Source of the DNA: an uncultured Chloroflexia bacterium
GTDB lineage: Bacteria > Chloroflexota > Dehalococcoidia > UBA2979
Direction: 5' to 3'
DNA length: 64,000 nt
NCBI GenBank assembly: GCA_963728205.1
Contig: CAVSIV010000006.1
Coordinates: 1,024,001-1,088,000 of the forward strand
Shown here: one piece after another, positions 32,709 through 44,284 of the stretch
Layout: every line of letters starts with the position of its first letter
Position numbering within the stretch: the first letter of the stretch is position 1
Notes under the pieces: model-generated
The model's input: only the letters and a program-made list of their open reading frames with translations
Database searches by the model: none
Told to the model about the DNA's origin: nothing
Program-made: the position numbers and the translations under genes

Positions 32709-34649
32709 CTAGGGCGCGGAGTGCGCCTCGGCCTCCTCGGTCGCCAGGGCCGTGTCGCCGTGGTGCGTGTACGTCATGTGGTACAGGTCCGCGTACACGC
32801 CATCGGCCGCCATCAGATCGTCGTGCGAGCCGCGCTCGACAATCTCGCCATTGCGCATCACCACGATGCGATCGGCGCTGCGGATCGTGGAGAGCCGGTG
32901 CGCGATCACGAACGACGTGCGCCCGCGCAGCATCGTCGACAGCGCATCCTGGATCAGCCGCTCCGTGCGCGTGTCGACGTTCGCCGTCGCCTCGTCGAGC
33001 ACCAGGATCCGCGGGTCCGCGATGATGGCGCGCGCGAACGAGATCAGCTGGCGCTGTCCCACGGACAGGTTCGACCCGCGCTCGTGCAGCATCGTGTCGT
33101 ACCCGTGCTCGAGCCGCATGATGAAGTCGTGGGCGCCCACCGCGCGCGCCGCCCGCTCGACGTCTTCGTCGGTGCCGTCGAGCTTTCCGTAGAGGATGTT
33201 CTCGCGCACCGTGCCCGAGAAGAGGTAGGCCTCCTGGAGCACAACGCTCATGCGGTCGCGCAGCGAGTCCACCTTGATGTGCTTGATGTCGTGGCCATCG
33301 ATGCTCAGCGTGCCCTTCTGGATGTCGTAGAAGCGGCTGAGCAGGCCGGTTACCGACGTCTTCCCGGCGCCGGTGTGCCCGACGAAGGCGATCGTCTCTC
33401 CCGGCTGCACGTGCAGATCGAAGTCGCGCAGCACCCAGTTCTCTTCGTTGTAGGCGAACCAGACGTGATCGAAGTCCACGCGGCCCTCGACGTCGTCGAG
33501 CGTGACGGCGTCCGCCGCGTCGACGATCTCGGGCTTCGTGTCGAGCACCTCGAAGATGCGGTGCGCGCCGGCCGTGGCGCGCTGGATCGCGGTGTACTGG
33601 AGGATGATCGACCGCACAGGGTTGAAGAACCGCTGGATGTAGAGCATGAACGCGGTGGCGAACCCGAGCGCGTCGGCCGCGGACAGCGACCCGTTGAAGG
33701 TGCGGATCGCGATCAGCACGAGCACGATGATCATCGACGTCGTCGACAGCACCTCGACGAGCGGCATCACGATCGCCTGCAGCCGCGCGGCGGTGAGGTT
33801 CGACTCCAGGTTCTGCTGGTTGAGCCGGTCGAACTCCTCGAGGTTCTTCTCCTCGCGCCCGAGCGACTGCACGACGCGCACGCCGGAGACGTTCTCGTTG
33901 ATGTTCGCGTTCACGAGCGCGATCGCCTGCCGCACGCGGATGAACGCCTGCGCGGCGTAGCGCTGCCAGAAGATCATCGCCGCGACGAACAGCGGCGTGA
34001 CGGCCAGCGCGGCGATCGCGAGCTGCCAGTCCTTCGCGAAGAGCAGCACGACGATCAGCACGAGACCGAGCGCGTCGCCGAGCACCTGGAACGAGCCGGT
34101 GGTCAGCAGCTCCTGCAGCGTGACGACGTCGGAGGTGACGCGGGACATCACGCGCCCCACCTCTTCGTTGTCGTAGAAACGGAGCGAGAGGCGGTTCAGG
34201 TGCTCGAACATCATGCTGCGCAGGTTGCGCAGGACGGAGTGTCCGACGTAGCCGGTCATCAGGTTCTGCGTCATCGACGCCAGGAACGAGATCAGTGACA
34301 GCACGACGAGGATCAGGCCGAAGCGGAGCACGTCGTCGCCGGCCTGGTGGACCACCGCCGGATCCGAGCTCCGCAGCTTCGCGACGATCGACGTGACGGC
34401 GCTGCCCATGATGAAAGGCTGCGAGTACGAAGCGATCGCGTACACGACCATCGACACGAGGGCGATGATCATCCGCCACTTGTGTGGGCCGAGGAACGGC
34501 AGCAGCCGCCGCATCAGCGCCGGGTCGTAGACCGCGCCGAGCTCGTTGTAGTCCCAGCCGTCGGCCGCGCGCCCGCCGCGGAACGCGGGGCCGCGCCCGC
34601 CGCCCGGACCGCCGCCCCAGCCGGCGCCTCCGCCACCCCAGTACGCCAC
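32709..34649 (-). CDS. ABC exporter, fused TMD-NBD (consensus-site subunit)
   Basis: GHTGAGKT, LSVGQRQL, LDEATANVD, IAHRL; GTG overlaps the upstream TAG. Confidence 0.92.
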   Translation of the reverse strand: MAYWGGGGAGWGGGPGGGRGPAFRGGRAADGWDYNELGAVYDPALMRRLLPFLGPHKWRMIIALVSMVVYAIASYSQPFIMGSAVTSIVAKLRSSDPAVVHQAGDDVLRFGLILVVLSLISFLASMTQNLMTGYVGHSVLRNLRSMMFEHLNRLSLRFYDNEEVGRVMSRVTSDVVTLQELLTTGSFQVLGDALGLVLIVVLLFAKDWQLAIAALAVTPLFVAAMIFWQRYAAQAFIRVRQAIALVNANINENVSGVRVVQSLGREEKNLEEFDRLNQQNLESNLTAARLQAIVMPLVEVLSTTSMIIVLVLIAIRTFNGSLSAADALGFATAFMLYIQRFFNPVRSIILQYTAIQRATAGAHRIFEVLDTKPEIVDAADAVTLDDVEGRVDFDHVWFAYNEENWVLRDFDLHVQPGETIAFVGHTGAGKTSVTGLLSRFYDIQKGTLSIDGHDIKHIKVDSLRDRMSVVLQEAYLFSGTVRENILYGKLDGTDEDVERAARAVGAHDFIMRLEHGYDTMLHERGSNLSVGQRQLISFARAIIADPRILVLDEATANVDTRTERLIQDALSTMLRGRTSFVIAHRLSTIRSADRIVVMRNGEIVERGSHDDLMAADGVYADLYHMTYTHHGDTALATEEAEAHSAP

Positions 34650-36475
34650 TAGGTGCCTCCCCCGGCGTCGCCGGATGTGCGGAGCGCCTCCTGCTGCTGC
34701 GCCTCGTCCTGGTCGCGCAGCTCGAGGTCGTAGATCTGCTGGTAGAAGCCGCCGCCCTCCAGCAGCTCCTCGTGCGTGCCGCGCTCGACGACCTCGCCGT
34801 CGCGCAACACCACGATCTGATCGGCCTCCTTCACCGTGCGCAGCCGCTGGGCGATCACGAAGGTCGTCCGCCCGCGCATCAGGTTGTGGAGCGCTTCCTG
34901 GATCAGGAACTCGGTGCGCATGTCCACGGCGGCGGTGGAGTCGTCGAAGATCAGCACCTTCGGATCGAGCAGCAGCGTGCGCGCGATCGCGACGCGCTGG
35001 CGCTGGCCGCCCGACAACGTCGTGCCGCGCTCGCCGACCCACGTGTCGTAGCCGTCCGGCAGCTGCTCGATGAACTCGTGGATCCGCGCCGCCTCGGCGG
35101 CCGCGATGATCTCCTCCTCGGTCGCGTCCGGACGCCCGTACGCGATGTTGTTGCGGATGGTGTCCACGAAGAGGAAGACGTCCTGCTGGACGATGCCGAT
35201 CGAGTCGCGCAGCGACTGCAGCGTCACGTCACGGATGTCCTGCCCGTCGATCGTGATCCGCCCGGCCGTCACGTCGTAGAAGCGCGGCAGCAGGTTCACC
35301 ACCGTCGACTTGCCGGAGCCCGTCGGGCCGAGTAGCGCGACGGTCTGACCGGGCAGCGCGTCGATGTCGATGTTGCGCAGCACCGACGCGAACGCGTCGT
35401 AGCCGAACGAGACGTGCTCGAACCGCACGCGGCCCTCGGTCACGCGCAGCGGCGACGCGCCGGGCTTCTCCTGGACCGCCGACTCCGCATCGAGGATCTC
35501 GTAGACGCGCGAGCCCGCGGAGTGCGCGCGCGCGAACATGTTGATGATGAAGCCGACGGAGCGCACCGGCACCTGCAGCAGGGTCAGGTAGAGCTGAAAC
35601 GCGATCAGGTCGCCGACCTGCATGCGGCCCGCGACGATCTCGCCGGCGCCGACCCAGAACACGACCGCCAGCGAGACCAGCCACATCGACTGCATGAACG
35701 GGTTGTTGAAGGCCTGGAACTTCGCGGTGGAGTACGACTCGTTGAACAGCATGTCGACCTTCGCGTCGAACTTCCGCTGCTCGAAGCGGGCGCGCGAGAA
35801 CGCCTTCACGACCCGCTGCCCCGTGAGGTTCTCCTGCAGCACGGTCGCCATCTGGCCCTGCAGGTCCTGCACCTTGAGCCAGATCGGCCGCAGCATGAGC
35901 GACGTCACGGAGGACTGCACGGCGACGATCGGCACGAAGATGAAGGCGACCGCGGCCACCTTCACGTTCGTCGAGAACATCAGCGCGTACGAGACGGACA
36001 CGAGCACGATCACGTAGATGAACCGCAGCACGCCCATGCTGACGAACTGCCGCAGCCCCTCCACGTCCTGCGTGGCGCGCGACATGATCTGACCGATTTG
36101 GGCGTCGTCGTGATAGGCGTAGGACAGCCGCTGCAGGCGGTCGTAGATGTCGTTGCGGAAGTCGTAGGCGATCGACTGCGAGATCTTCTCGCCGATGTAG
36201 GTCTGACCGTAGGCGAAGGCGCCTCGCAGCAGCGCGGCGCCGAGGAGCAGCGCGCACGCGAGGACGATCGTTGCCATGCTGCCCTCGGCCACCTGGCCGC
36301 TGGCCCGCTCGTGGATGCTCAGGCCGGTGTCGACGGCGAAGCCGATCAGCTTCGGGGTGGCGACCGTGAACACGCTGGCACCGGCGAGCGCGAAGATCGC
36401 GAACAGCGTCAGCCCCTTGTAGGGCCACGCTCTGCCGATCAGGCGCAGCAGGATGGGCATTCGGCGCCGCTGCAT
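34649..36475 (-). CDS. ABC exporter, fused TMD-NBD (degenerate-site subunit)
   Basis: GPTGSGKS, LSGGQRQR, FDDSTAAVD, IAQRL. Confidence 0.92.
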   Translation of the reverse strand: MQRRRMPILLRLIGRAWPYKGLTLFAIFALAGASVFTVATPKLIGFAVDTGLSIHERASGQVAEGSMATIVLACALLLGAALLRGAFAYGQTYIGEKISQSIAYDFRNDIYDRLQRLSYAYHDDAQIGQIMSRATQDVEGLRQFVSMGVLRFIYVIVLVSVSYALMFSTNVKVAAVAFIFVPIVAVQSSVTSLMLRPIWLKVQDLQGQMATVLQENLTGQRVVKAFSRARFEQRKFDAKVDMLFNESYSTAKFQAFNNPFMQSMWLVSLAVVFWVGAGEIVAGRMQVGDLIAFQLYLTLLQVPVRSVGFIINMFARAHSAGSRVYEILDAESAVQEKPGASPLRVTEGRVRFEHVSFGYDAFASVLRNIDIDALPGQTVALLGPTGSGKSTVVNLLPRFYDVTAGRITIDGQDIRDVTLQSLRDSIGIVQQDVFLFVDTIRNNIAYGRPDATEEEIIAAAEAARIHEFIEQLPDGYDTWVGERGTTLSGGQRQRVAIARTLLLDPKVLIFDDSTAAVDMRTEFLIQEALHNLMRGRTTFVIAQRLRTVKEADQIVVLRDGEVVERGTHEELLEGGGFYQQIYDLELRDQDEAQQQEALRTSGDAGGGT

Positions 36476-36764
36476 CTCGTCTCCCGTTGGTCTGATCACG
36501 CGGACCGCAGGCGGGTCGCGAGGGGGGCGCCCAGAAGGGACGCGGTTACCGCACCCTAACCACAGTCTAACGTTAGCGTAAAGTGCGGTCGGGTTCGGGC
36601 GGATGAGCGGCAGCGGGTTCCCGCAGGTAACGACGGTGCGCTCTTCCAGTCAAGGCGCGCCCCGCCCGGGACGGTCGCGGGTAGCCCGCCAACCGCGCGA
36701 CCGCGACCTCCGATACAATGCAGATTGCGCCGACCGCCCACCACCATTCGAATGCCAGGCATCG

Positions 36765-37577
36765 ATGCAGAACCTGAAAACGGTCGTGCTGCTTGCTGCC
36801 ATCAGCGGCCTCCTGATCGCCGTCGGCGGCGCAATCGGAGGGCTGAGCGGCATCATCGTCTTCGCGGTGATCGCCGGGGCGATGAACTTCGCTTCGTACT
36901 GGTTCTCGGCCGACATCGTCCTGAAGACCGCGGGCGCGAGCGAGATCCAGCGGGCGCAGGACCCGGCGCTCTTCGCGCTGATCGAAGGCGTCGCGCGCGA
37001 GGCCGGCATGCCCACGCCGCGCGTCTACGTCATCAGCTCGCCCCAGCCGAATGCCTTCGCCACCGGGCGCAACCCGCAGCACGCCGCCGTAGCGGTCACG
37101 ACCGGCATCCGCGCGCTGCTCACCGAGCGCGAGCTGCGCGGTGTCCTCGGCCATGAGCTCGCGCACGTCCGCAATCGCGACATCCTCACCTCGTCGATCG
37201 TCGCCACGATCGCGTCGGCGATCTCGATGATCGCCTACATGTCGTTCTGGTTCGGCGGCCGCCGCAACAACGGGACGGGCCTGCTCGCCGCACTGCTCGC
37301 ACCGGTGGCCGCGATGCTGATCCAGCTCGGCATCAGCCGGTCGCGGGAGTACCAGGCGGACAGCGACGGCGCGCGCATCGTGCACGACCCCGAGGCGCTC
37401 GCGTCCGCGCTCGCGAAGCTCGAGGGCGGGGCGCGGCGCGTGCCGATGCAGGTGCCGGAGGCAACGGCGCACCTCTTCATCGTGAACCCCCTCGGCGGGC
37501 GCAACATCGGCGGCCTGTTCTCGACGCACCCGCCGATCGAGGACCGCATCCAGCGGCTGCGCCGCATGAACGACTGA
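36765..37577 (+). CDS. htpX: M48 zinc metalloprotease HtpX
   Basis: PNAFATGRNP..AAVAVT.G, GHELAHV.NRD, SRSREY.AD, FSTHPP. Confidence 0.93.
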   Translation: MQNLKTVVLLAAISGLLIAVGGAIGGLSGIIVFAVIAGAMNFASYWFSADIVLKTAGASEIQRAQDPALFALIEGVAREAGMPTPRVYVISSPQPNAFATGRNPQHAAVAVTTGIRALLTERELRGVLGHELAHVRNRDILTSSIVATIASAISMIAYMSFWFGGRRNNGTGLLAALLAPVAAMLIQLGISRSREYQADSDGARIVHDPEALASALAKLEGGARRVPMQVPEATAHLFIVNPLGGRNIGGLFSTHPPIEDRIQRLRRMND

Positions 37578-37605
37578 ACGAGCGCCGCGATGGGGGCGCG
37601 CGGGG

Positions 37606-38544
37606 CTAGCGGGGCAGGCGAACGCGCACGCAGGTGCCGCGCGTGACCTCGGGGTCGATCCACACGCTGCCGCCGAGGCCGGTGACGAGCTTGCGAACGG
37701 TCGCGAGGCCGAGGCCGTGTCCATCGCCTCCGCGGGCGAGCCGGACATGACGCGCGAAGACCCGCTCGCGATCGGCGGGCGCGATCCCGATGCCGTTGTC
37801 GCGCACTGCGATCTCGACCGCGTTCGCCGACGCCGTCGCCTCGATGGCGATGCGCGGCACGGTGTCGGGTCGGCGATAGCGCACGGCGTTCTCCACCACG
37901 TTCTCGAAGATCCGATAGCAGGATGCCTCGTCCGCCGGAACGCGCGGGAGCGAGCCGACGGCGATCTCGGCGCCGGCGTCCGCGATGTCCGCGTGCAGCG
38001 CCTCGACGACGTCGCGCATCACCGCCGCCAGGTCGGTCGGGCGCGCCGACGCGGCCGCCGGCGCAGCCGCGCGCGTGCCGACCTCCGCGACGAGCGCGGC
38101 TTCGAGTAGCGCGTGTGCGCGCGACGACGCGCGCGCTGCGTGCTCGGCGGCATGGCGCGCGGCCTCGGGGAGCGGGCCGAACGCCTCCTCGAGCATCAGG
38201 TCGAGGTAGGAGCACACGGTGACGATTGGTCCGCGCACGTCGTGCGCCGCGTCGGCGGCGCTCGCGCGCAGCGCGGACTGCTCGGATTGCAGGGTCGCGA
38301 CCTGCGCGAGGAGCTCGCGGTGCGACTCGCGCATGGCGTAGAGGTGCCACCCGCCGGTGAGGGCGAGCCCGCCGTGCACCGCGAGAGCGAGGGCCGACAC
38401 CACGGCGGGCCACCCGGCGTGACTGCCGGCGGCGGCGAGGGCGATGCCGGTGAACGCGGCGGCGAAGACCACGGACCACCGCCCGAGGTCGGGCAGGTCC
38501 GAGCGCCAGCCTGTCGCGAGAGCGGCCGGGGAGCGTGCCGCCAT
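37606..38544 (-). CDS. Orphan membrane sensor histidine kinase
   Basis: Two TM helices; AHDVRGP H-box, NVVENAVRY N-box, DNGIGI, GHGLGL. Confidence 0.88.
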   Translation of the reverse strand: MAARSPAALATGWRSDLPDLGRWSVVFAAAFTGIALAAAGSHAGWPAVVSALALAVHGGLALTGGWHLYAMRESHRELLAQVATLQSEQSALRASAADAAHDVRGPIVTVCSYLDLMLEEAFGPLPEAARHAAEHAARASSRAHALLEAALVAEVGTRAAAPAAASARPTDLAAVMRDVVEALHADIADAGAEIAVGSLPRVPADEASCYRIFENVVENAVRYRRPDTVPRIAIEATASANAVEIAVRDNGIGIAPADRERVFARHVRLARGGDGHGLGLATVRKLVTGLGGSVWIDPEVTRGTCVRVRLPR

Positions 38545-38689
38545 GCGCTGCCTCCGCTCTCTGAGGGGCCCATCCGCGCGGGGCCCGCGGGCTAGGATGA
38601 AGCGTAGTGATGCACGCGTTCGGCCCTGAATCGGTGATTACCCTGACCTCCGCCGCGCCGACGACGGCGCGCGCCACCGTCGGCGCCGC

Positions 38690-39265
38690 GTGATGAACGA
38701 CCGCGAGCTGCGCGAACGCATGGCGCCCGGCCTGCCGGCTGGCCTGGTCGCGCACATCGATCGCGTGGTGCTGCTCGCGTCGCAGCTGGCGGCGCGCCAC
38801 GGCTACGACGCGGCGCTGGCCCGGCTCGCGGCGCAGGGCCACGACGTCGCGCGCGCCGCCCCCCCGGCCGAGTTGCTCGCGCGCGCCGAGGCGCTGGGCA
38901 TCGCGATCGACCCGGTGGAACGCGCCGAGCCGGTCCTCCTGCACGGGCCCGTCGGCGCGACGGAGCTCGCCGACCGCTTCGGACTCGCGGACGACACCGT
39001 CCTCCACGCGGTGTGGTGGCACACCACGGGCCATCCCGATTTCGGCCCGGAAGCGTGGACGATGTTCGTCGCGGACAAGGTCGAACCCGACAAAGTCCGG
39101 CGCCGGCCCGCGCTCCGCGCGATCGAAGAGCTCGCGGCCACATCGATCGAACAGGCGGCGCTCGCGTACCTCGATCAGCTCCTGCGCGACGTCGTCGAGC
39201 GCGGGTGGCAGCTCCACCCGATGGCGAACCTCGCGCGCAACGCGCTGCTCGCGCGCGCGCACTGA
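38690..39265 (+). CDS. HD-domain hydrolase, YqeK-like (Ap4A hydrolase)
   Basis: H..RV, HDVAR, LLHGPVGA, HTTG, FVADK.EP. Confidence 0.82.
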   Translation: MMNDRELRERMAPGLPAGLVAHIDRVVLLASQLAARHGYDAALARLAAQGHDVARAAPPAELLARAEALGIAIDPVERAEPVLLHGPVGATELADRFGLADDTVLHAVWWHTTGHPDFGPEAWTMFVADKVEPDKVRRRPALRAIEELAATSIEQAALAYLDQLLRDVVERGWQLHPMANLARNALLARAH

Positions 39266-39271
39266 GATGCG

Positions 39272-39299
39272 AAGAGGCCGCCCCTCAGGGCGGCCTCTT
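39272..39299. terminator. Bidirectional terminator-like hairpin
   Basis: AAGAGGCCGCCC-ctca-GGGCGGCCTCTT between convergent genes. Confidence 0.65.
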
Positions 39300-39322
39300 G
39301 CAAGTCGAACCGGGGAGCGAGG

Positions 39323-40438
39323 CTAGATGCCGAGCTCCTGCGCGACCAGCTCGCGGTGGTAGTCGGCGTCGCCGAAGGCCAGCTCCGCGCGCTTCTGGCG
39401 GCGGAAGTACAGCTGGATCTTGTAGTCCTTCGTGAAGCCGATGCCGCCGTGGATCTGCTGGCCATGCGCGACGACGCGACGGGTCGCCTCGGAGGTCCAC
39501 GCCTTCGCCATGTTGATGGCAAGCTGGGTCTCGTCGGCCGGCTGCTCGCTGGCGAGCGACCAGGCCGCCTTGTACATGATGAACCGCGAGCCGTCGACGT
39601 CCGTGACCATGTCCGCGCACTTGTGCTGGATGGCCTGGAACGAGCCAATCGGGCGGCCGAACTGCACGCGCTCCTTGGCGTAGTCGACGGAGATCTCGAA
39701 GTCCATCTGCGAGAGGCCGACGAGGTACGCACACTCGGCGACGGTGTAGCGCTGGATGACCGGCTTCAGGAGGTCCCAGCCCGCGCCGTCGGCGCCGAGC
39801 AGCTGGCCCTTGGCGTCGTTGAGCTTGACCTCGCACTGCTTGTCGCGCGCGATCGTCTGGAGCTGCGTGATCTCGACGCCCGGCTGGTCGGTGGCGACGA
39901 TGCCCAGCGTCACGCCCTTGCCCGAGCGGCCGGCGACGACCATGTAGTCGGCAACGTTCGCGTCGGAGACGAAGAGCTTCGTGCCGCTGAACGTCACGTC
40001 GTTGCCGCTCACGGTGGCCTTGCACTGCACGCCCTGCTCGTCGAAGCGAGCGGAGGGCTCGGTCAGTGCGAGCGTGAAGATGAGGTCGCCAGAGGCGATC
40101 TTCGGGAGGAACTCGGCCTTCTGCGCGTCCGAGCCGGCGACCATCAGCGGCACCGCGCCGCCGAGCACCGTCGACATGAAGGGACCGGGCACGAGCGCGC
40201 GCCCGAACTCCTCGAGCAGCACGCAGAGGTCCAGGAAGTCGAAGCCGGCGCCGCCGTGCTCCTCCGGGACCAGCAGGCCCTGCCAGCCCTGCTCGGCCAT
40301 CTTCGACCAGAGCTCGGGCGAGTAGCCCTTCTCGTCCTCTTCCATCTCGCGAACGAGCGTCTCGGGGCACTCGTTCTCGAGGAAGTCCCGGGCCGCGTTC
40401 TTCAGAAGCTCCTGCTGTTCGTTCAGACCAAGGTCCAC
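39323..40438 (-). CDS. Acyl-CoA dehydrogenase, short (beta-type) subunit
   Basis: YAKERVQFGRPIGSFQAIQH, QIHGGIGFT, truncated C-terminus FGDADYHR. Confidence 0.9.
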   Translation of the reverse strand: MDLGLNEQQELLKNAARDFLENECPETLVREMEEDEKGYSPELWSKMAEQGWQGLLVPEEHGGAGFDFLDLCVLLEEFGRALVPGPFMSTVLGGAVPLMVAGSDAQKAEFLPKIASGDLIFTLALTEPSARFDEQGVQCKATVSGNDVTFSGTKLFVSDANVADYMVVAGRSGKGVTLGIVATDQPGVEITQLQTIARDKQCEVKLNDAKGQLLGADGAGWDLLKPVIQRYTVAECAYLVGLSQMDFEISVDYAKERVQFGRPIGSFQAIQHKCADMVTDVDGSRFIMYKAAWSLASEQPADETQLAINMAKAWTSEATRRVVAHGQQIHGGIGFTKDYKIQLYFRRQKRAELAFGDADYHRELVAQELGI

Positions 40439-40534
40439 GTCGGAGTCCCTCCCTGTCCCCGCTCGTTCGTCGGGGCGCCCGTTCTTATATCGAGTCGCGG
40501 GACCCGCGTCCAGCGACAAAGCGCGTAGCCGGTC

Positions 40535-41761
<1,227 letters not shown>

Positions 41762-42214
41762 GGAGTCCCTCCTCGTATCCGATGGGCGGTGCGCGGCGTC
41801 CGCGCGGGAGCGCGGCCGGGGCGCGGACACCTCGCGGGGAGGCGGTCGCGCAACCCTCGATCGCAGGTAGGTGACGTGCTCGGGCCGGCTCGCCGCAGTT
41901 GCCGGGCGCGCACCATGCGCACTATGTGTCTTGCCGCTGCCGCGGTCAACTGGCCCCTACCTTGACGTGAAGGGCGGACCGGCAGACCTTGCTCACCCCC
42001 CACGCGGGCGGCGCCGCGACCGGGCGAATGGCGCAGCATCGGCTCGTACACACCGCTCGCGATCGGGGCGACCCACTGATGTCGGGCGAAGAACGACGTA
42101 CATCCCTTAGGGAAAGTCCTAGTTGACCGATTTCCCGGCCACTACACATGATCGAACACCTCGGATCTTCGATCGAGGAGACCGGGCTTGAGGGAACTGG
42201 CAAAGGGGTCGGGT

Positions 42215-44284
42215 GTGCGCGACGGGTGGCTCGTACTCGCCACCGTCATGGCAGTGCTCGCAGCGATGGCGTGGCCGGCGCCGCGCGCGCACGCCGCGAC
42301 GCTCGACGAGCTGTGCACGCACGTCGCACAGCAGGCCGGCCGCGCGCCGGTGAAGATGGCCGTGGTCGTGGTCGATCTGGCGTCGGGTCAGCAGTGCGAC
42401 GTGAATGGGCAGCAGCCGTTCCAGACGGCGTCGCTCTACAAGCTCGTCGTGCTCGCGGAGGCCTACGAGCAGCAGGCGGCCCATACCTTCAGCTTCGAGG
42501 AGCCCCTGACGATCGAGCCGCGCCACTCCGTGGACAATCCGCCGGAGTTCCAGCTGACCGTGCCGATCCAGACGACCACCGGCGCCGCGATGCACGCCAT
42601 GATCCAGATCTCCGACAACGCCGCCGCCGCTGCGCTGCGCGAGCGGCTCGGGTACGACGCCGTCGCCGCCGAGCCCGCGCACCTCGGCATGACGCACACC
42701 TCGCTCGGCGACACCTTCGTCACCACTCCGGACGACATCGCGTACTTCTTCGAGCGCCTGTACGCCGGCGCGATCGTCGACCCGCAGAGCAGCAGCGCGA
42801 TGCTGCAGGTGCTCCGCGGGCAGGAAGAGAACGACCTGATTCCCGCGGCGCTGCCGGCGGGCATCGCGGTCGCGCACAAGACGGGCGAGCTCAACGAGGT
42901 CCTGCACGACGCCGGCATCGTCTACGCGCCGGCCGGCGACTTCGTCCTGGTGACCATGACCGAGAACGGCGGGGACTACTCCGGCTCGGTCGACGCCATC
43001 CATGCGATGTCGAAGCTCGTCTTCAACGCCTACAGCGGTAGCGCGCCGCCGACGAGGTCCGTGGCGGCAGGCGGCGGTCGCACCGCTCGCGCCGCCGCAC
43101 CGGCGGCGGCCGGCGGTTCCGTCGCCCGCGCGCAGCTCGTGGCGAACGGTCCGGCCGCTTCCGTGGTGCAGGTGGCGCAGGCGCGCCCCGCACCGCTCGT
43201 CTTCATTGCGTCATCCGGGTCGCCCTGGTGGCAGCCCGATGCGCCGGAGGTCGTGATCCTCGCGCTCGCCGCGATGGTCCTGGTCCCGGCGATGATGTTC
43301 GGCCGCCGCGCAATCGCGGTGCGTCGCGGACGGCTGTCGGAGGCTTTTGCCGATGCCGTGAGCCGGCCCCAGCCGGCGGAAGGGGACCTGAGGATGCGAT
43401 TCGGCACCCGCAGCAGGGACGAGGAACTCGATCAGATGGACATGCCGGAAGAGGCGGCACCTGCCGTCGGAATGGACGCGGGGATGAGCGACGCTCAACC
43501 GCTGCTGCCGTCGCGCCGGCTGCAGCGCATTGTCGACCTGTTCCGCTCGCACACCGAGCTGCTCGACGGGATGCGCGTGCAGTTCCAGGAGGAGCTGCAG
43601 CCGCTCAACGAGCTGCTGGCCCGGCAGGGCTCGACGATGCAGCAGGTGCTTTACAACCTCGAGGAGCGGCTCCGCCCGCTCAACGAGTACGCCGACAGCG
43701 AGGAGTCCAACCTCGAGGCGCTCGAGCGGCGGATGCGCGAGTCGGGGAGCGACTTCGTGGCGCGCTCGTTCTCGGAGTACGTGCAGCAGCAGCGCAAGCG
43801 CATCTCGGAGACGCGCCAGCAGATCGAGCAGCAGCGCACGCCGTTCACGCAGTACAGCGAGGACCAGCGCGACGCGGTCGAGATCGCGCTCGCGCGGTTC
43901 GATGACGACGTCGAGGCGCTGGAGCTCAACCTCGTCGAGCAGCGGAAGATCATGATTCGCATGCTCGACTCGATGCGCTCCGACTCCTTCGCCGCGGTCA
44001 AGGAGTTCCTCCAGAACCGCGAGGAGGTCATGGCCGAGATGGCGACGAGCGGCATGACCGACCCGGGCGAGATCGGCCGGTCGGTGCAGGCGCTCCGCCA
44101 GAGCATCGAGGCGCTGGCGCGCGAGTCGGCGCACATCCAGTCGGTACTGCAGACGACCGACGAGGCGGACCGCCGCCTGTCGCGCGCCGGCGGCACGGCC
44201 GGTCCGCGGGCGTTCCCGAACCAGGGTCGCACGCGCGAGACGGTCGGCGTCGCGGCCGACGATGACGACGAGGCGACCGCGTAG
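42215..44284 (+). CDS. Class A beta-lactamase-fold serine hydrolase fused via a TM helix to a cytoplasmic coiled coil
   Basis: Signal peptide (AHA); ASLYK, SDN, HKTG; Ala-rich linker; TM VVILALAAMVLVPAMMF; ~290-aa E/Q/R-rich helical tail. Confidence 0.8.
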   Translation: MRDGWLVLATVMAVLAAMAWPAPRAHAATLDELCTHVAQQAGRAPVKMAVVVVDLASGQQCDVNGQQPFQTASLYKLVVLAEAYEQQAAHTFSFEEPLTIEPRHSVDNPPEFQLTVPIQTTTGAAMHAMIQISDNAAAAALRERLGYDAVAAEPAHLGMTHTSLGDTFVTTPDDIAYFFERLYAGAIVDPQSSSAMLQVLRGQEENDLIPAALPAGIAVAHKTGELNEVLHDAGIVYAPAGDFVLVTMTENGGDYSGSVDAIHAMSKLVFNAYSGSAPPTRSVAAGGGRTARAAAPAAAGGSVARAQLVANGPAASVVQVAQARPAPLVFIASSGSPWWQPDAPEVVILALAAMVLVPAMMFGRRAIAVRRGRLSEAFADAVSRPQPAEGDLRMRFGTRSRDEELDQMDMPEEAAPAVGMDAGMSDAQPLLPSRRLQRIVDLFRSHTELLDGMRVQFQEELQPLNELLARQGSTMQQVLYNLEERLRPLNEYADSEESNLEALERRMRESGSDFVARSFSEYVQQQRKRISETRQQIEQQRTPFTQYSEDQRDAVEIALARFDDDVEALELNLVEQRKIMIRMLDSMRSDSFAAVKEFLQNREEVMAEMATSGMTDPGEIGRSVQALRQSIEALARESAHIQSVLQTTDEADRRLSRAGGTAGPRAFPNQGRTRETVGVAADDDDEATA

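Noticed and set aside
41830-42100. Long intergenic region as a possible riboswitch
   Set aside because: I could not match conserved cores of cobalamin, SAM, TPP, FMN or c-di-GMP aptamers on either strand; an Rfam scan would be needed
42215-43030. Acquired beta-lactamase resistance gene
   Set aside because: No omega-loop Glu is evident, it is membrane-tethered, and there is no mobile context
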